From contig MFNK01000003.1 in NCBI GenBank assembly GCA_001782045.1, positions 26,070 through 90,069 on the forward strand: a stretch of DNA of 64,000 nucleotides, given 5' to 3'. The translations under genes and the position numbers were made by a program. Below, piece by piece: positions 38,786 through 48,953 of the stretch (within the stretch, counting starts at the first letter, position 1; each line of letters begins with the position of its first letter). This DNA comes from Candidatus Levybacteria bacterium RIFCSPHIGHO2_01_FULL_36_15b. Its GTDB lineage: Bacteria; Patescibacteriota; Microgenomatia; Levybacterales; UBA12049. The notes beneath the pieces were generated by a model. That model did no database searches. It was not told where the DNA came from and saw only the letters and a program-made list of their open reading frames with translations.

Positions 38786-39091
38786 GTGGAAAAAGAAGAG
38801 AGTATTCATAAACAACAAGAATATAGCGTGCACAGAATTGCTACTTTTGGAAGAAAGAAGCTTGGGGAAATTAACCTTCACTATACAGGCGAACTTTTTT
38901 TAGGACTTAAGGCCAAAGACTTGGATAAAGAGACCGCAGAATTGTACGAGTTAGGAAGAAGAGCATTCGGGCATGTACGTGCTGGCACTCGTGTTTATAT
39001 GATCCGAAAGATAGATGTGTATAAAACAGGACCTGGGGTTGATGATATTAATGTAAAGGTGTTTATGGAAAGTGATTTAACCAAGTCTTAG
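38786..39091 (+). CDS. hypothetical protein (101 aa)
   Basis: ORF only. Confidence 0.35.
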   Translation: MEKEESIHKQQEYSVHRIATFGRKKLGEINLHYTGELFLGLKAKDLDKETAELYELGRRAFGHVRAGTRVYMIRKIDVYKTGPGVDDINVKVFMESDLTKS

Positions 39092-40302
39092 GAAACTTTT
39101 TCTTTAATTTCTTCTAATTTAACTTCTTCTTGTTTTCCACTTTTCATATTTTTTAAGACTAGTTTATTTTCATTTATAATTAAAACAAAAGGTAGTCCTT
39201 TTTTATCTGCGTATTTAAGTTGCTTTTCTAGAGTTACATCATCAAGATAAAATTCAACATTTATGCCTTTTTCCCTTAATTCATTAGTAACCTTCATTGC
39301 TTTTTCTTGCAAGTCTGAAGCCGAATAAGCTACTAACAAATTATTTTCGCTTGAGCTTTTTGGAAATAAACTAAGCTCTTCCATAGCCTCAATTAGTCTA
39401 TCAAAGCCAAAAGCAAAACCTACAGATGGAAAATCTTTATTAGCAAACATTCCAATTAGGTTGTCATATCTTCCGCCTCCTGCTATAGAACCCACATCGT
39501 ATCCTTCAACTTCCACTTCAAAAATAAGTCCCGTGTAGTAGTCTAAGCCCCTGGCAAGAGTGGGTAAAAATTCAACAACTCCCTTGTCCACTCCCATTTT
39601 ATCCAATGCTTGAATTAACTCTTTGATTCTGTCAGTTGGCTTTTCATTTTCAAGAGTTTCAAGTAAATAATTTGCTTTATTTTCTGGAATTCCATTTCTT
39701 GTAAGTTCGGCAAGAACCTCTTGTCTACCTATCTTTTTAAGCTTATCGACAGCTTTTACTACAATCGGAATATCTTTGTCAGTTACCCCTAAATTTGGCA
39801 AGTTAGTAAAAAGCATTCTATCATTAACTAAAATTTTGAATTTTTTAAATCCTAATTTCTCCAATGATCTTGCGCAGACTGCGATTATTTCAACATCAGA
39901 CAATAGGGAATAAGAACCAACTATGTCTGCATCAACATGTAGAAGCTCTCTATATCTTCCTTTTTGTGTGTTTTCTGCTCTCCATACATTTTGAATTTGA
40001 TATCGCTTAAAGGGGATAGGCAAGTCGTTTTGATACTCTGCAACAACCCTAGCTAGTGGGACAGTTTGGTCGTAGCGAAGAGCAACTTTCCTTTTCCCGT
40101 TGTCTTCAAACTTGTACATTAACTTATCTCCTTCGTCTCCATATTTACCTGTTAAAATTTCTTCGTATTCTAAAGCTGGTGTTTCCAGTGGTTCAAAACC
40201 ATAGGACTCAAACACTTTTTTCAAAGTTTCTAAAACGTACTGTCTTTTTCGGGCTTCTTTTGGCAAAAAATCCCTAAAGCCCTTTAATGTCTGGATATTC
40301 AT
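39088..40302 (-). CDS. hisS: histidyl-tRNA synthetase
   Basis: Class II motifs (GFRDFLP; RYDQTVPLAR; GGGRYD). Confidence 0.85.
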   Translation of the reverse strand: MNIQTLKGFRDFLPKEARKRQYVLETLKKVFESYGFEPLETPALEYEEILTGKYGDEGDKLMYKFEDNGKRKVALRYDQTVPLARVVAEYQNDLPIPFKRYQIQNVWRAENTQKGRYRELLHVDADIVGSYSLLSDVEIIAVCARSLEKLGFKKFKILVNDRMLFTNLPNLGVTDKDIPIVVKAVDKLKKIGRQEVLAELTRNGIPENKANYLLETLENEKPTDRIKELIQALDKMGVDKGVVEFLPTLARGLDYYTGLIFEVEVEGYDVGSIAGGGRYDNLIGMFANKDFPSVGFAFGFDRLIEAMEELSLFPKSSSENNLLVAYSASDLQEKAMKVTNELREKGINVEFYLDDVTLEKQLKYADKKGLPFVLIINENKLVLKNMKSGKQEEVKLEEIKEKVS

Positions 40303-40379
40303 AACTCAATTATACAATAAGTAGGGTAATTGTAGAAGAAAACTTGACAATATTATCGTAAGTATGATATTTATTTGTC

Positions 40380-40895
40380 ATGAGTTTGCACGAAGGTGAA
40401 TCATTAATTGATCAAGCTGCAGCGCGCGCTCGAAGCGCAGAAGAAGTAAAAGAACTACAATCAAAACTCCATCATGCTTATTTTGAATTTGCTAACGAGT
40501 GCGTTCCCAGTAAAAAAGATCTTATGAAAAGGCACGGATGGTCAAAAGAGCTAATCGGAGATGTCTTAGATGCAGTCGTTAAATCAACCGATGGAAAAGA
40601 CGTTAAAGTTACTTTAACCTTTAATGAGACAGGTATGTTAATGCAGGTTGATAGAGTTAAGATAGATGTAGACAATATTCCGGAAATTTTTGTAACATCC
40701 TCATTTGGTACAGGCAAAGCTGAAAGCAGGGGAAGGTTAAGTCCTTCTAATCCTCGTATCGGAGGAGTTTATCAATCCACGCCGGGAAACGTGAGAGATT
40801 TAGAAATGAAGGACATAACGTTGCTCACAGGCTTGCTTGAGCAACTAAAAGATTCTTCTACTCAAATAATATTTAGGCAAACTACTCCTCATTAA
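40380..40895 (+). CDS. hypothetical protein (171 aa)
   Basis: ORF only; GC slightly above neighbours. Confidence 0.35.
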   Translation: MSLHEGESLIDQAAARARSAEEVKELQSKLHHAYFEFANECVPSKKDLMKRHGWSKELIGDVLDAVVKSTDGKDVKVTLTFNETGMLMQVDRVKIDVDNIPEIFVTSSFGTGKAESRGRLSPSNPRIGGVYQSTPGNVRDLEMKDITLLTGLLEQLKDSSTQIIFRQTTPH

Positions 40896-40902
40896 TCAGT
40901 AA

Positions 40903-41655
40903 CTACTTAACAATTGGCTGAAGTTTTACCCCGCTACCGGTTGAGGCTGGAACTGTAGGAATACTTTTATCCAAATTAATTTTAGAACTTGCTAATATTT
41001 CTGGAAAAAGAAAAACCCTTGAGGCAATAATTTTATTTTTATTTGCTATATCCAAAACTCCAACTGCAACAATAGTTTCTCCTTCTTTAATTTTAGAAAA
41101 GCCAGCTTTTAAAAGATCCTCGTTAGAGTAGCTGTATGTTTTTGTAACTGTTTCAATTTCTACTATATTTTTTGCCCCATTTTCTTTAGCAACCGTAATT
41201 GTAAAATTTTTCGCATCAATTGCATAAACCGCACCATATATAATTACAGGTGGTTTTTGTTCTTCATAAATTAAACGCGCTTGCGTTCTTCTTGAGTCTT
41301 TATTAAAAAGCCCTATTACACCAAGGCTCATATTTTTATTGATGTCCGAGATTCCAAATGAATTACTTGAGGATGAAGAAAACTTTGTAAGCTCGTCTAC
41401 GTCTACAAATCTAGGTTCATTACTGATTGTTAGAAGAGAGATCTGTGAGTCGGAAATGTCGGAAACCGTTCCGAAAATAGCTTTTTTTTCAACAAGGTTA
41501 AGCTGCGCAACTTTGGATGCAATTTTCTCTTTAAGCTCGTCTACTTGTTTTTGCAAATTCGGGCTTTGAGCATAAATATTTGGGCAAAATAGGGAAAATA
41601 AAACTATTAAAATAAATAAAATTTTCGAAAATCTTCTCATATTAAAAATCCTCAC
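40903..41655 (-). CDS. hypothetical secreted protein
   Basis: N-terminal signal peptide (ILFILIVLFSLFCPNIYA). Confidence 0.4.
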   Translation of the reverse strand: MRIFNMRRFSKILFILIVLFSLFCPNIYAQSPNLQKQVDELKEKIASKVAQLNLVEKKAIFGTVSDISDSQISLLTISNEPRFVDVDELTKFSSSSSNSFGISDINKNMSLGVIGLFNKDSRRTQARLIYEEQKPPVIIYGAVYAIDAKNFTITVAKENGAKNIVEIETVTKTYSYSNEDLLKAGFSKIKEGETIVAVGVLDIANKNKIIASRVFLFPEILASSKINLDKSIPTVPASTGSGVKLQPIVK

Positions 41656-42064
41656 TTGAATATCCTATTACTCTTTCTACTGTTTGGGTTTCGCCATTTT
41701 CATCAATTGCTTGCACTCTTAGATAGTTTAATCCTTCACTTAATTGAATGGTAGTTGAAAAATCTCCCTGCAAGGAGGGTTTTATAATTTCCTGATCAGA
41801 AGAAGTTAAAACAATTATTGTTGCTGTAACTGTAGTCTTACCAGAGACTTTTATGGTTTTTTTGTCGCTCAAGGATTCGTCTTTTGGCTCATTTAAAATT
41901 AAAAATAAAGAAGAAGTTTGCGTTGGGGTGGGGGATATACTTTGTGAGATAGTATTTTGCGTTGAGATTTTTTTAGAATTTTGGTAAAGAAAAAACGCAG
42001 CTCCCGCAACGGAGAGTCCTATCAAAATTGCCACAAAAGACAGAATTACTTTTTCTTGTTTCAT
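41642..42064 (-). CDS. hypothetical membrane-anchored protein
   Basis: N-terminal TM; 14-nt overlap with the downstream gene. Confidence 0.4.
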   Translation of the reverse strand: MKQEKVILSFVAILIGLSVAGAAFFLYQNSKKISTQNTISQSISPTPTQTSSLFLILNEPKDESLSDKKTIKVSGKTTVTATIIVLTSSDQEIIKPSLQGDFSTTIQLSEGLNYLRVQAIDENGETQTVERVIGYSSEDF

Positions 42065-42136
42065 TATCTAGGTAACCCATAATACGAAAAATAGCTTGTA
42101 TTGTCAAGAAAATTTTAATGTGTTAGGATTATTGTT

Positions 42137-42655
42137 ATGGATGTTTCGCAGCTTTCAGAAAACTCGCTAAAATTAAAAATAAAAAAAACAAACTTGATAG
42201 TTAATCCCACCGGAAAAACACCAAAGACAGAAGGGGATGCTGTAATTGCAACGATTCCCGATGCAGATATAGATAGAGTAAAAGATTATAGAGTTTTTAT
42301 TAACTCAACCGGAGAATATGAAGTTGGAGGATTAAAGATTTCATGTGTTAAAGAAGATGGAGGATTTATGTTTATCTTTAATTCCGATGGAAAAGAAATT
42401 GCTATGGTTGACGCAAGTACTCTGTCTAAAATTCCTGCAGACAAAGTAAGGGAATGCGCAATTGCTTTAATAAACGCAGATATAGAAATTCCTGAAAATG
42501 TGATAACCGCTATGGAACCCAGAGCGATTGTTTTATATGGAGAAAAAGCAAAGTCAGCAGCTCAGAGTCTTGGTAAAAGCGTTTCGTCTTCTACAAAGGT
42601 AAGTATTGCGGAAGATAAGCTTCCAGAGGAGACCGCTGTTTATCTTTTAAGTTAA
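42137..42655 (+). CDS. hypothetical protein upstream of dnaB
   Basis: ORF only. Confidence 0.35.
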   Translation: MDVSQLSENSLKLKIKKTNLIVNPTGKTPKTEGDAVIATIPDADIDRVKDYRVFINSTGEYEVGGLKISCVKEDGGFMFIFNSDGKEIAMVDASTLSKIPADKVRECAIALINADIEIPENVITAMEPRAIVLYGEKAKSAAQSLGKSVSSSTKVSIAEDKLPEETAVYLLS

Positions 42656-42704
42656 ATTTCCTACTTTACAAAACGGTAATTTTAAACTAAAGTTTTTATA
42701 CCTT

Positions 42705-44036
42705 ATGGCAAACATGAAAGTCCCGCCTAACAATAATGAGGCAGAAGAGAGCGTTTTAGGAGCAATACTGATTGACAAAGACTCAATCGGTTTAGTCTCG
42801 GAAATTGTTAAGCCATTTGATTTTTATAATGACGTAAACGGGATTATTTTTGAAGCAATGCTTTCTTTGTTTGAAGAAAGAAAGCCTATTGATGTTCTTA
42901 CCTTAACGCAAAGACTTAAAAAAAATAAAAAAGATAAAATAGTTGATGTATCTTATCTTACAGAACTGGTTAATAAAGTTCCAACAGCAGCAAATATAGA
43001 AGAATACGCACAAATTATTAAAGATGCCTCTACAAGAAGAAATCTAATATCAGCAGGTGGGCAAATTGCAGAAAACGCATTTGATGAAGAAGAAAAATTG
43101 GAGAAACTTTTGGATAAAGCAGAAAGTTCCATTTTTGCAATTTCTCAAGGTCACAATATAAAAGGATTTACAACGCTTAAAGAAAGTCTTGCACAAAGCT
43201 TTGAAAGAATAGACGAATTACATAAGAAAGGATCAGGCTTTAGGGGAATTCAAACAGGATTTACTGACTTGGATAATATTCTGTCCGGAATGCAAGAGAG
43301 TAACCTTTTAATTTTAGCTGCAAGGCCAGGGCAGGGAAAAACGGCAATGATTATTAACATTGCCCAAAATATTGCAGTAGCACAAAAACTTCCCGTTGGT
43401 ATTTTTTCACTCGAAATGAGCCAGGAAGAATTAGTTGACAGGCTTTTAATTGGACAGGCAGATATAGATGCATGGAGGTTAAAAACCGGAAAACTGGTTG
43501 AAGCAGATTTTACCAAGCTTTCTACGGCAATGGGGGAGTTGGCAGATGCGCCACTTTATATTGATGATATGCCCGGACTTTCCATTTCGGAAATTAGAAC
43601 CAAAGCAAGAAGACTCCAGCTTGAATATGGAGTAAAACTTTTAATTGTTGACTATCTTCAGCTTGCAGATCCGGGGAAAAAATATGATAGCAGGGTTCAG
43701 GAAGTATCAATTGTTTCCCAAGGACTTAAAAACTTAGCAAGGGAGTTAAAAATCCCGGTTTTAGCTGTTTCGCAGCTTTCCCGCGCAGTCGAGCACAGAG
43801 GAGAAAGAAGACCTCAGTTAGCTGATTTGAGGGAGTCGGGAGCCATAGAGCAGGATGCCGATGTGGTAATGTTTTTATATAGAATGGATGCAGAAGTAAC
43901 GGGTAATGTTATTCCCACCAAACTATCAATCGCAAAACACAGAAACGGACCAATGGGAGAAATCGATTTACTTTTTAGAGGAGATAGGATAAGATTTTAT
44001 AATATGGATAAAAAACGGGGAGGGGGTGAAAGTTAA
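42705..44036 (+). CDS. dnaB: replicative DNA helicase DnaB
   Basis: ESVLGAIL N-terminal domain, Walker A AARPGQGKT, LFRGDRIRFYN C-terminus. Confidence 0.9.
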   Translation: MANMKVPPNNNEAEESVLGAILIDKDSIGLVSEIVKPFDFYNDVNGIIFEAMLSLFEERKPIDVLTLTQRLKKNKKDKIVDVSYLTELVNKVPTAANIEEYAQIIKDASTRRNLISAGGQIAENAFDEEEKLEKLLDKAESSIFAISQGHNIKGFTTLKESLAQSFERIDELHKKGSGFRGIQTGFTDLDNILSGMQESNLLILAARPGQGKTAMIINIAQNIAVAQKLPVGIFSLEMSQEELVDRLLIGQADIDAWRLKTGKLVEADFTKLSTAMGELADAPLYIDDMPGLSISEIRTKARRLQLEYGVKLLIVDYLQLADPGKKYDSRVQEVSIVSQGLKNLARELKIPVLAVSQLSRAVEHRGERRPQLADLRESGAIEQDADVVMFLYRMDAEVTGNVIPTKLSIAKHRNGPMGEIDLLFRGDRIRFYNMDKKRGGGES

Positions 44037-44305
44037 TGGACGGACAAAATGATATGCCAGGAGCAGGAGCTCCAACACAAGATCCGATGCAAACTCCTCC
44101 GGCAGGTACGGATACACCACCTGCAACTCCGGTTGATGATCAAATGCCAGGAGCAGGAGAGCCAGCAGCACCGGTTGGTACACCGGAACCAATGCCAGAA
44201 CCAGGAACAGGGACTGGCGAACCTATGCCAGCACCTCAAGATGATCAAAATCAAGGAGGTCAAGGCGGAGCAGGAGGCGGAATGCCCCCTGGTCAAGGAA
44301 TGTAA
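44036..44305 (+). CDS. Pro/Gly/Thr-rich low-complexity protein translationally coupled to dnaB
   Basis: TAATG overlap with the dnaB stop; imperfect internal repeat MPGAGAP.../MPGAGEP...; GC-rich. Three overlapping ORFs are predicted here; the coupled plus-strand frame was chosen. Confidence 0.35.
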   Translation: MDGQNDMPGAGAPTQDPMQTPPAGTDTPPATPVDDQMPGAGEPAAPVGTPEPMPEPGTGTGEPMPAPQDDQNQGGQGGAGGGMPPGQGM

Positions 44306-44399
44306 TCTGATATTAGATTATTACAAATTAAACTAATCCTAAAAGAAATTGCAGGGTTAGTTTAATTTTTTTGATCGAAACTGATATAATTACAGTCGC

Positions 44400-44482
44400 G
44401 GGCGAGTGGCGGAACGGTATACGCGATAGTCTCAAAAACTATTGGCTGCAAGGCCTTGAGAGTTCGAATCTCTCCTTGCCCA
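44400..44482 (+). tRNA. tRNA-Leu (anticodon CAA), class II with long variable arm; CCA not encoded
   Basis: Acceptor GGGCGAG/CTTGCCC, D stem GCG/CGC, anticodon stem ATAGT/ACTAT with loop CTCAAAA, variable arm GGCTGCAAGGCC, T arm GAGAG-TTCGAAT-CTCTC, discriminator A. TATAAT at 44383-44388. Confidence 0.8.
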
Positions 44483-44569
44483 CAGTTTGAGTTATGAGCA
44501 CAATTAAGCTATACTTTCAACTATGATACATTCAACTTCGTTCAGTATTATGGTGAGGAGACTCGAACC

Positions 44570-45523
44570 ATGACACTTCAAGAAATTTACGAATTAGCTG
44601 TTTCTATGGGAATAAAGGCAGACCCTAGAGGAGAAAGAGAAGTAGAAAAAGCACGCGCGAGAATAAAAAAACGCTATGAAGATTCTCCCGAAAAGAAAAA
44701 GAAATTTTTTGACAAAGAATCTTTAAATAATCCATATTCAGATTCAAGAATTTTATTTGGAGATCCAAAAACCTCAGTTAAAAGATTACTTGCAGGAATC
44801 GATGCAGACGCTTCCGAAGTTTTGCTTGCAGATAGGTTGCGAGAAAAGGGCGAAAGAATCGACCTACTACTGTCTCATCATCCCTCGGGTCACGCTCTTG
44901 CTGGACTTTATGAAGTGATGGAAATGCAGGCTGAAATGTTTGCCAAATCTGGCGTTCCAATAAATGTAGCGCATGCATTAATGCTTGAAAAGATGGGACA
45001 GGTTCATAGAAGATTTTCACCAATGAATCATGGACAAGCAATAGATACTGCGAGGCTTTTAAACGTTCCTCTTTTGGCTCTCCACACAGTCTGGGATAAT
45101 CTTGGACATAAGTTTATGGAAGACTACCTAAGTAAAAAAGAATTTGATACAGCGGGAGAAGTATTAGATGCTGTTAATGAAATTCCTGAATTTATTGAAA
45201 GTACAAAGGGCAAATCGGGGCCTTTTCTTGCTGCAGGTTCTACAAACAGCAGAGCAGGAAAAATAGCGGTTGGATTCACTGGGGGAACAAGTGCTCCAAA
45301 GGAGCTATATTCTGAACTAGCTAAAGCGGGAGTGGGGACATTAGTTGAAATGCACGTTTCTGAAGAAACCTTAACAGAGCTCAAAAAAATTCATATCAAT
45401 GTAATTGATACGGGACATATGGCGGCTGATTCTATTGGAGCAAATATATTCTTGGATGAACTAACAAGAAAGGGAATAGAGATAATTCCATGCTCCGGAC
45501 TTATCCGCGTAAAAAGAAAATAA
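44570..45523 (+). CDS. Nif3-family dinuclear-metal-centre protein
   Basis: LLLSHHPSGH and later HT...H motifs typical of NIF3/DUF34. Confidence 0.6.
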   Translation: MTLQEIYELAVSMGIKADPRGEREVEKARARIKKRYEDSPEKKKKFFDKESLNNPYSDSRILFGDPKTSVKRLLAGIDADASEVLLADRLREKGERIDLLLSHHPSGHALAGLYEVMEMQAEMFAKSGVPINVAHALMLEKMGQVHRRFSPMNHGQAIDTARLLNVPLLALHTVWDNLGHKFMEDYLSKKEFDTAGEVLDAVNEIPEFIESTKGKSGPFLAAGSTNSRAGKIAVGFTGGTSAPKELYSELAKAGVGTLVEMHVSEETLTELKKIHINVIDTGHMAADSIGANIFLDELTRKGIEIIPCSGLIRVKRK

Positions 45524-45524
45524 A

Positions 45525-46085
45525 ATGATTGGCGTAACGGATCTTCGTTCCGGAACTATTTTTGAGGAAAACGGTAATTTACTGCAGGTTTTAACTTACG
45601 AACACATAAAAATGGGCAGAGGAAGCGCCAATATCAAGGTAAAGGTAAAAAATCTAAGAACAGGTACTGTTATTGACAAAAGCTTTATAAATGGAGCAAA
45701 AGTAAATGACGTCATGGTAATAAAGCGTGATTTACAATATTTATATCGAGATTCCGACTTTTCTTACTTTATGGATCCGAAAACCTTCGAACAAATAAAT
45801 ATACCCCTTAATATAATCGGATCCGACAGTTTTTACTTAAAAGAAGGAGAAAATGTAAATATAAGTTTCTTAGGAAATGAAGCACTTGCTTTAAATCTTC
45901 CTCCGAAAATGATATTTATTGTAGAGGAAACTCCTCCTGGTGTAAAAGGAAATTCGGCAACGAATGTATTTAAAGAGGCAAAACTTGAAAACGGAATGAC
46001 AGTAAAAGTACCGATGTTTGTAAAAATAGGAGATAAAATAAAAATTGATACAAGAACCGGTGCATATAGTGAAAAAGCAAATTAA
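45525..46085 (+). CDS. efp: elongation factor P
   Basis: DLRSGTIFEENGNLLQVLTYEHIKMGRGSANIKVKVKNLRTG. Confidence 0.9.
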   Translation: MIGVTDLRSGTIFEENGNLLQVLTYEHIKMGRGSANIKVKVKNLRTGTVIDKSFINGAKVNDVMVIKRDLQYLYRDSDFSYFMDPKTFEQINIPLNIIGSDSFYLKEGENVNISFLGNEALALNLPPKMIFIVEETPPGVKGNSATNVFKEAKLENGMTVKVPMFVKIGDKIKIDTRTGAYSEKAN

Positions 46086-47357
46086 ATGAAAAACAATCTT
46101 ATTCTACAAGCTTTTCGAATAAGGCCTTTCTTTCTTCTTATTGCTTCTGAATTTTTTTCTCAGTTTTCAATGAACCTGTTCAATTTTATTTTACTGATCG
46201 TAGTGTTTGCGATTGCGAAGTCGAATTTTGCAGTTTCAGGAGTTGTTATTGCGTTTACTCTTCCCGCTATTCTCTTTGGAATCTGGGCTGGAGTTTTAGT
46301 TGATAGGTGGAATAAGAAAAACGTTCTTTTTATGAGTAATATCTTAAGAGGTTTACTTCTTCTTCCCCTCGTATTTTTACAGGGCAACTTACTTGTAATT
46401 TATTCAATAACGTTTGGAGTTTCTTTGATTACGCAATTTTTTATACCGGCTGAAACTCCTATTATTCCAGTTTTAGTCGGAAGGAAATTGCTTCTTTCTG
46501 CTAATGCTATCTTTGGAATGACTATGTATGCCTCTATCTTTCTTGCATACGCACTGTCAGGGCCAATTCTTTATCTTTTTGGAAAAACAAACGTTTTTAT
46601 TTTTACCAGTCTGCTTTTTTTTATTGCCGCTTTTTTTGCATCAGCTATTCGATATAAAACAAAAATAATTTCTACTACAGATACTCCTGTTGTTTTAGGA
46701 TTTACAGATGAGATTAAAACTGTTGTTCGCCTGTTATCAAAAACAAAAACCCTTTATCATGCACTTTTTGCATTAACGCTCTCACAGGTTTTAATTTATG
46801 TTATGGCTACAATCGGACCGGGCTATGCGGAAAGGGTCCTTATGATAGAAGTAGAAAATTTTCCAATACTTTTTATAACACCCGCAGTAATTGGTATTGC
46901 ATTAGGAGCATTAATTATTGGAAGCTTTTTGCATAAATTTGATAAGTCTTCACTTACAAAGGCGGGTCTGACTCTTCTTGGAATTTCAATTCTTCTTATG
47001 CCTTTTGGAGATAAATTTGAGGCAAGGCAAATAGTACAGTTTATTAACATGTATCTTCCTCATGTACTAAAAATAAATGCAATTCATGTAATGGTTACAC
47101 TTGCTTTTGTAATTGGATTTGCCACAGCATTTATATTTGTTCCGGCAAATACGACCTTACAAGAGGAATCAACAGATGAGAGCAGAGGAAAAATTTATGG
47201 AGTCCTAAATACCATGATTGGGCTTTTGGCCTTTGCCCCGGTTCTTTTGGTAGGTGTTATAGCAGATTCAATCGGTGTTAGAAGCGTAATTGTTGGAATA
47301 GGTGGGATTGTACTTTTAATAGCATTTATTAGAATTTTTATAACAGATAAAAAATGA
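46086..47357 (+). CDS. MFS transporter
   Basis: 12 predicted TM helices; MFS-like loop motifs. Confidence 0.7.
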   Translation: MKNNLILQAFRIRPFFLLIASEFFSQFSMNLFNFILLIVVFAIAKSNFAVSGVVIAFTLPAILFGIWAGVLVDRWNKKNVLFMSNILRGLLLLPLVFLQGNLLVIYSITFGVSLITQFFIPAETPIIPVLVGRKLLLSANAIFGMTMYASIFLAYALSGPILYLFGKTNVFIFTSLLFFIAAFFASAIRYKTKIISTTDTPVVLGFTDEIKTVVRLLSKTKTLYHALFALTLSQVLIYVMATIGPGYAERVLMIEVENFPILFITPAVIGIALGALIIGSFLHKFDKSSLTKAGLTLLGISILLMPFGDKFEARQIVQFINMYLPHVLKINAIHVMVTLAFVIGFATAFIFVPANTTLQEESTDESRGKIYGVLNTMIGLLAFAPVLLVGVIADSIGVRSVIVGIGGIVLLIAFIRIFITDKK

Positions 47358-48049
47358 TATTAATAAATTTTGTAATATTAATAGTTTGTTTTTTTATTTT
47401 TCTTTATAATTTGTACTTTGTTTCAAAAGAAGACATTCTATTAATACGAAGAGATATTTTAATAAATAAAATTTTTAACCTCGCAATTCTTTCTGCAATT
47501 GCATCTCTTTTTTTTGCACGGCTTTTTTATATACTTTCATATCCCAATCAAATTTTTAATAGTCTGCTTGGGTTTGTTGCTTTTACCTATCATCCCGGCC
47601 TTTCATTGATGGGCGCTATAGCAGGTGGACTATTGTTTATCAGCTTATACTCAAAATACAAAAATTATCCCATTGGTAGGATTTTAGATCTTTTTACTGT
47701 ATCTTTACTAGGCGTACTGCCAATTGTTTATATCCTAATTTTTATAGCTTCACTAGGAAAAACCGATACTGTTTTTAATATCTTTCTAATTATTTCATTC
47801 ATTATAAGTCTAGTTTTTATTAAAGGTGTCTATAAACTGTCTGAAAAAGGAGAACTAAAAGATGGTAGTTTCAGTCTTATTTTTTTAACAGTTTTTTCTC
47901 TTCTATATTTTTTAATAATGCTTTTTTCAAACTTAGAAGACTTTTCTTTTTTAAAAGTAGAAAACTTACTTTCTTTTGTTGTTATATTTTTATCAATTGG
48001 ACTTCTTGTTAATCAGGAAGTTATGAATAAATTTTTAAGTAAGAAATGA
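47354..48049 (+). CDS. Lgt-like membrane protein (possible prolipoprotein diacylglyceryl transferase, short)
   Basis: YHPGLSLMGAIAGGLLF resembles the Lgt signature w.GG.S.hGG.iG (from memory); polytopic. Confidence 0.4.
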   Translation: MILINFVILIVCFFIFLYNLYFVSKEDILLIRRDILINKIFNLAILSAIASLFFARLFYILSYPNQIFNSLLGFVAFTYHPGLSLMGAIAGGLLFISLYSKYKNYPIGRILDLFTVSLLGVLPIVYILIFIASLGKTDTVFNIFLIISFIISLVFIKGVYKLSEKGELKDGSFSLIFLTVFSLLYFLIMLFSNLEDFSFLKVENLLSFVVIFLSIGLLVNQEVMNKFLSKK

Positions 48050-48765
48050 ATCTAAAAATAATTTATGAAGATGAATCCATTCTTATAATAGACAAGCCTT
48101 CGGGAATAACGGTTAACCGCTCCGATACAACAGTTGGGCAATATACTGTTCAGGATTTTGTTAACGATAAATATCCACTCTTTCTATCACAAGATCTAGA
48201 TACGGAGTCTGATTTTTATAAAAGATCAGGTATAGTTCATAGGATTGATAAAGAAACTTCAGGAATTTTAGTTGTTGCCAAAACAAAAGAAGCCTTTGAA
48301 AACATTCAAGCTCAATTTAAAGAAAGAATAGTAGAAAAAACTTATATTGCATTAGTACATGGATTATTAAAAGGGGAGAGTGGGCAAATTAGTGTTCCCG
48401 TAGGAAGACTTCCATGGAATAGAAAAAGATTTGGTGTGCTTGCCGGTGGAAGGGAGGCTACGACTTTTTACAAAGTTATAAATAGATTTGAAAAGAGAGG
48501 GGGACTTACGCTTCTTGAGCTTAATCCCAAAACTGGTAGAACTCATCAAATAAGAGTACATCTAAAATATTTTAATCATCCTATTTTTTCAGATTTTTTA
48601 TATGCAGGAAGAAAAACCTCAAGGGAAGACAGAAAAGAATTAGAAAGAGTTTTTTTGCATGCAGCAAAGATTTCATTTAAGCATCCAATAACCGGACAAA
48701 AGGTTAACTTTGAAAGCACACTACCTAAAGAATTATCTGATTTTCTTGATAAACTAAGGGTTTGA
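48046..48765 (+). CDS. RluA-family pseudouridine synthase
   Basis: HRIDKETSGILVVAKT catalytic-Asp motif. Confidence 0.85.
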   Translation: MNLKIIYEDESILIIDKPSGITVNRSDTTVGQYTVQDFVNDKYPLFLSQDLDTESDFYKRSGIVHRIDKETSGILVVAKTKEAFENIQAQFKERIVEKTYIALVHGLLKGESGQISVPVGRLPWNRKRFGVLAGGREATTFYKVINRFEKRGGLTLLELNPKTGRTHQIRVHLKYFNHPIFSDFLYAGRKTSREDRKELERVFLHAAKISFKHPITGQKVNFESTLPKELSDFLDKLRV

Positions 48766-48807
48766 CTTGTTCCTTGGAACAAGGTTTAATTATATTGGAG
48801 GTGAAAT

Positions 48808-48948
48808 ATGGGAAGTTTTGGCGGATTTTATAAGGGCGACAAAAAAAAGCCTAAAAAAGATAATAAAAATAAAAATCAAAGTTTCGGATTGACTTCTCCA
48901 GAATATGTCATGCCCGAGATTATCTCCAAAAAGAAGAAAGACTATTAA
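48808..48948 (+). CDS. small hypothetical basic protein (46 aa)
   Basis: Strong SD GGAGGTGAAAT before the ATG; K-rich; below the ORF-track cutoff. Confidence 0.3.
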   Translation: MGSFGGFYKGDKKKPKKDNKNKNQSFGLTSPEYVMPEIISKKKKDY

Positions 48949-48953
48949 CTTTT

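Noticed and set aside
44033-44296. Minus-strand 87-aa Cys/Trp/Arg-rich ORF and second plus-frame ORF (44049-44336) overlapping the Pro-rich ORF
   Set aside because: These are artefacts of the GC-rich low-complexity stretch being open in several frames. The plus frame sharing TAATG coupling with dnaB was preferred, and even that is uncertain.
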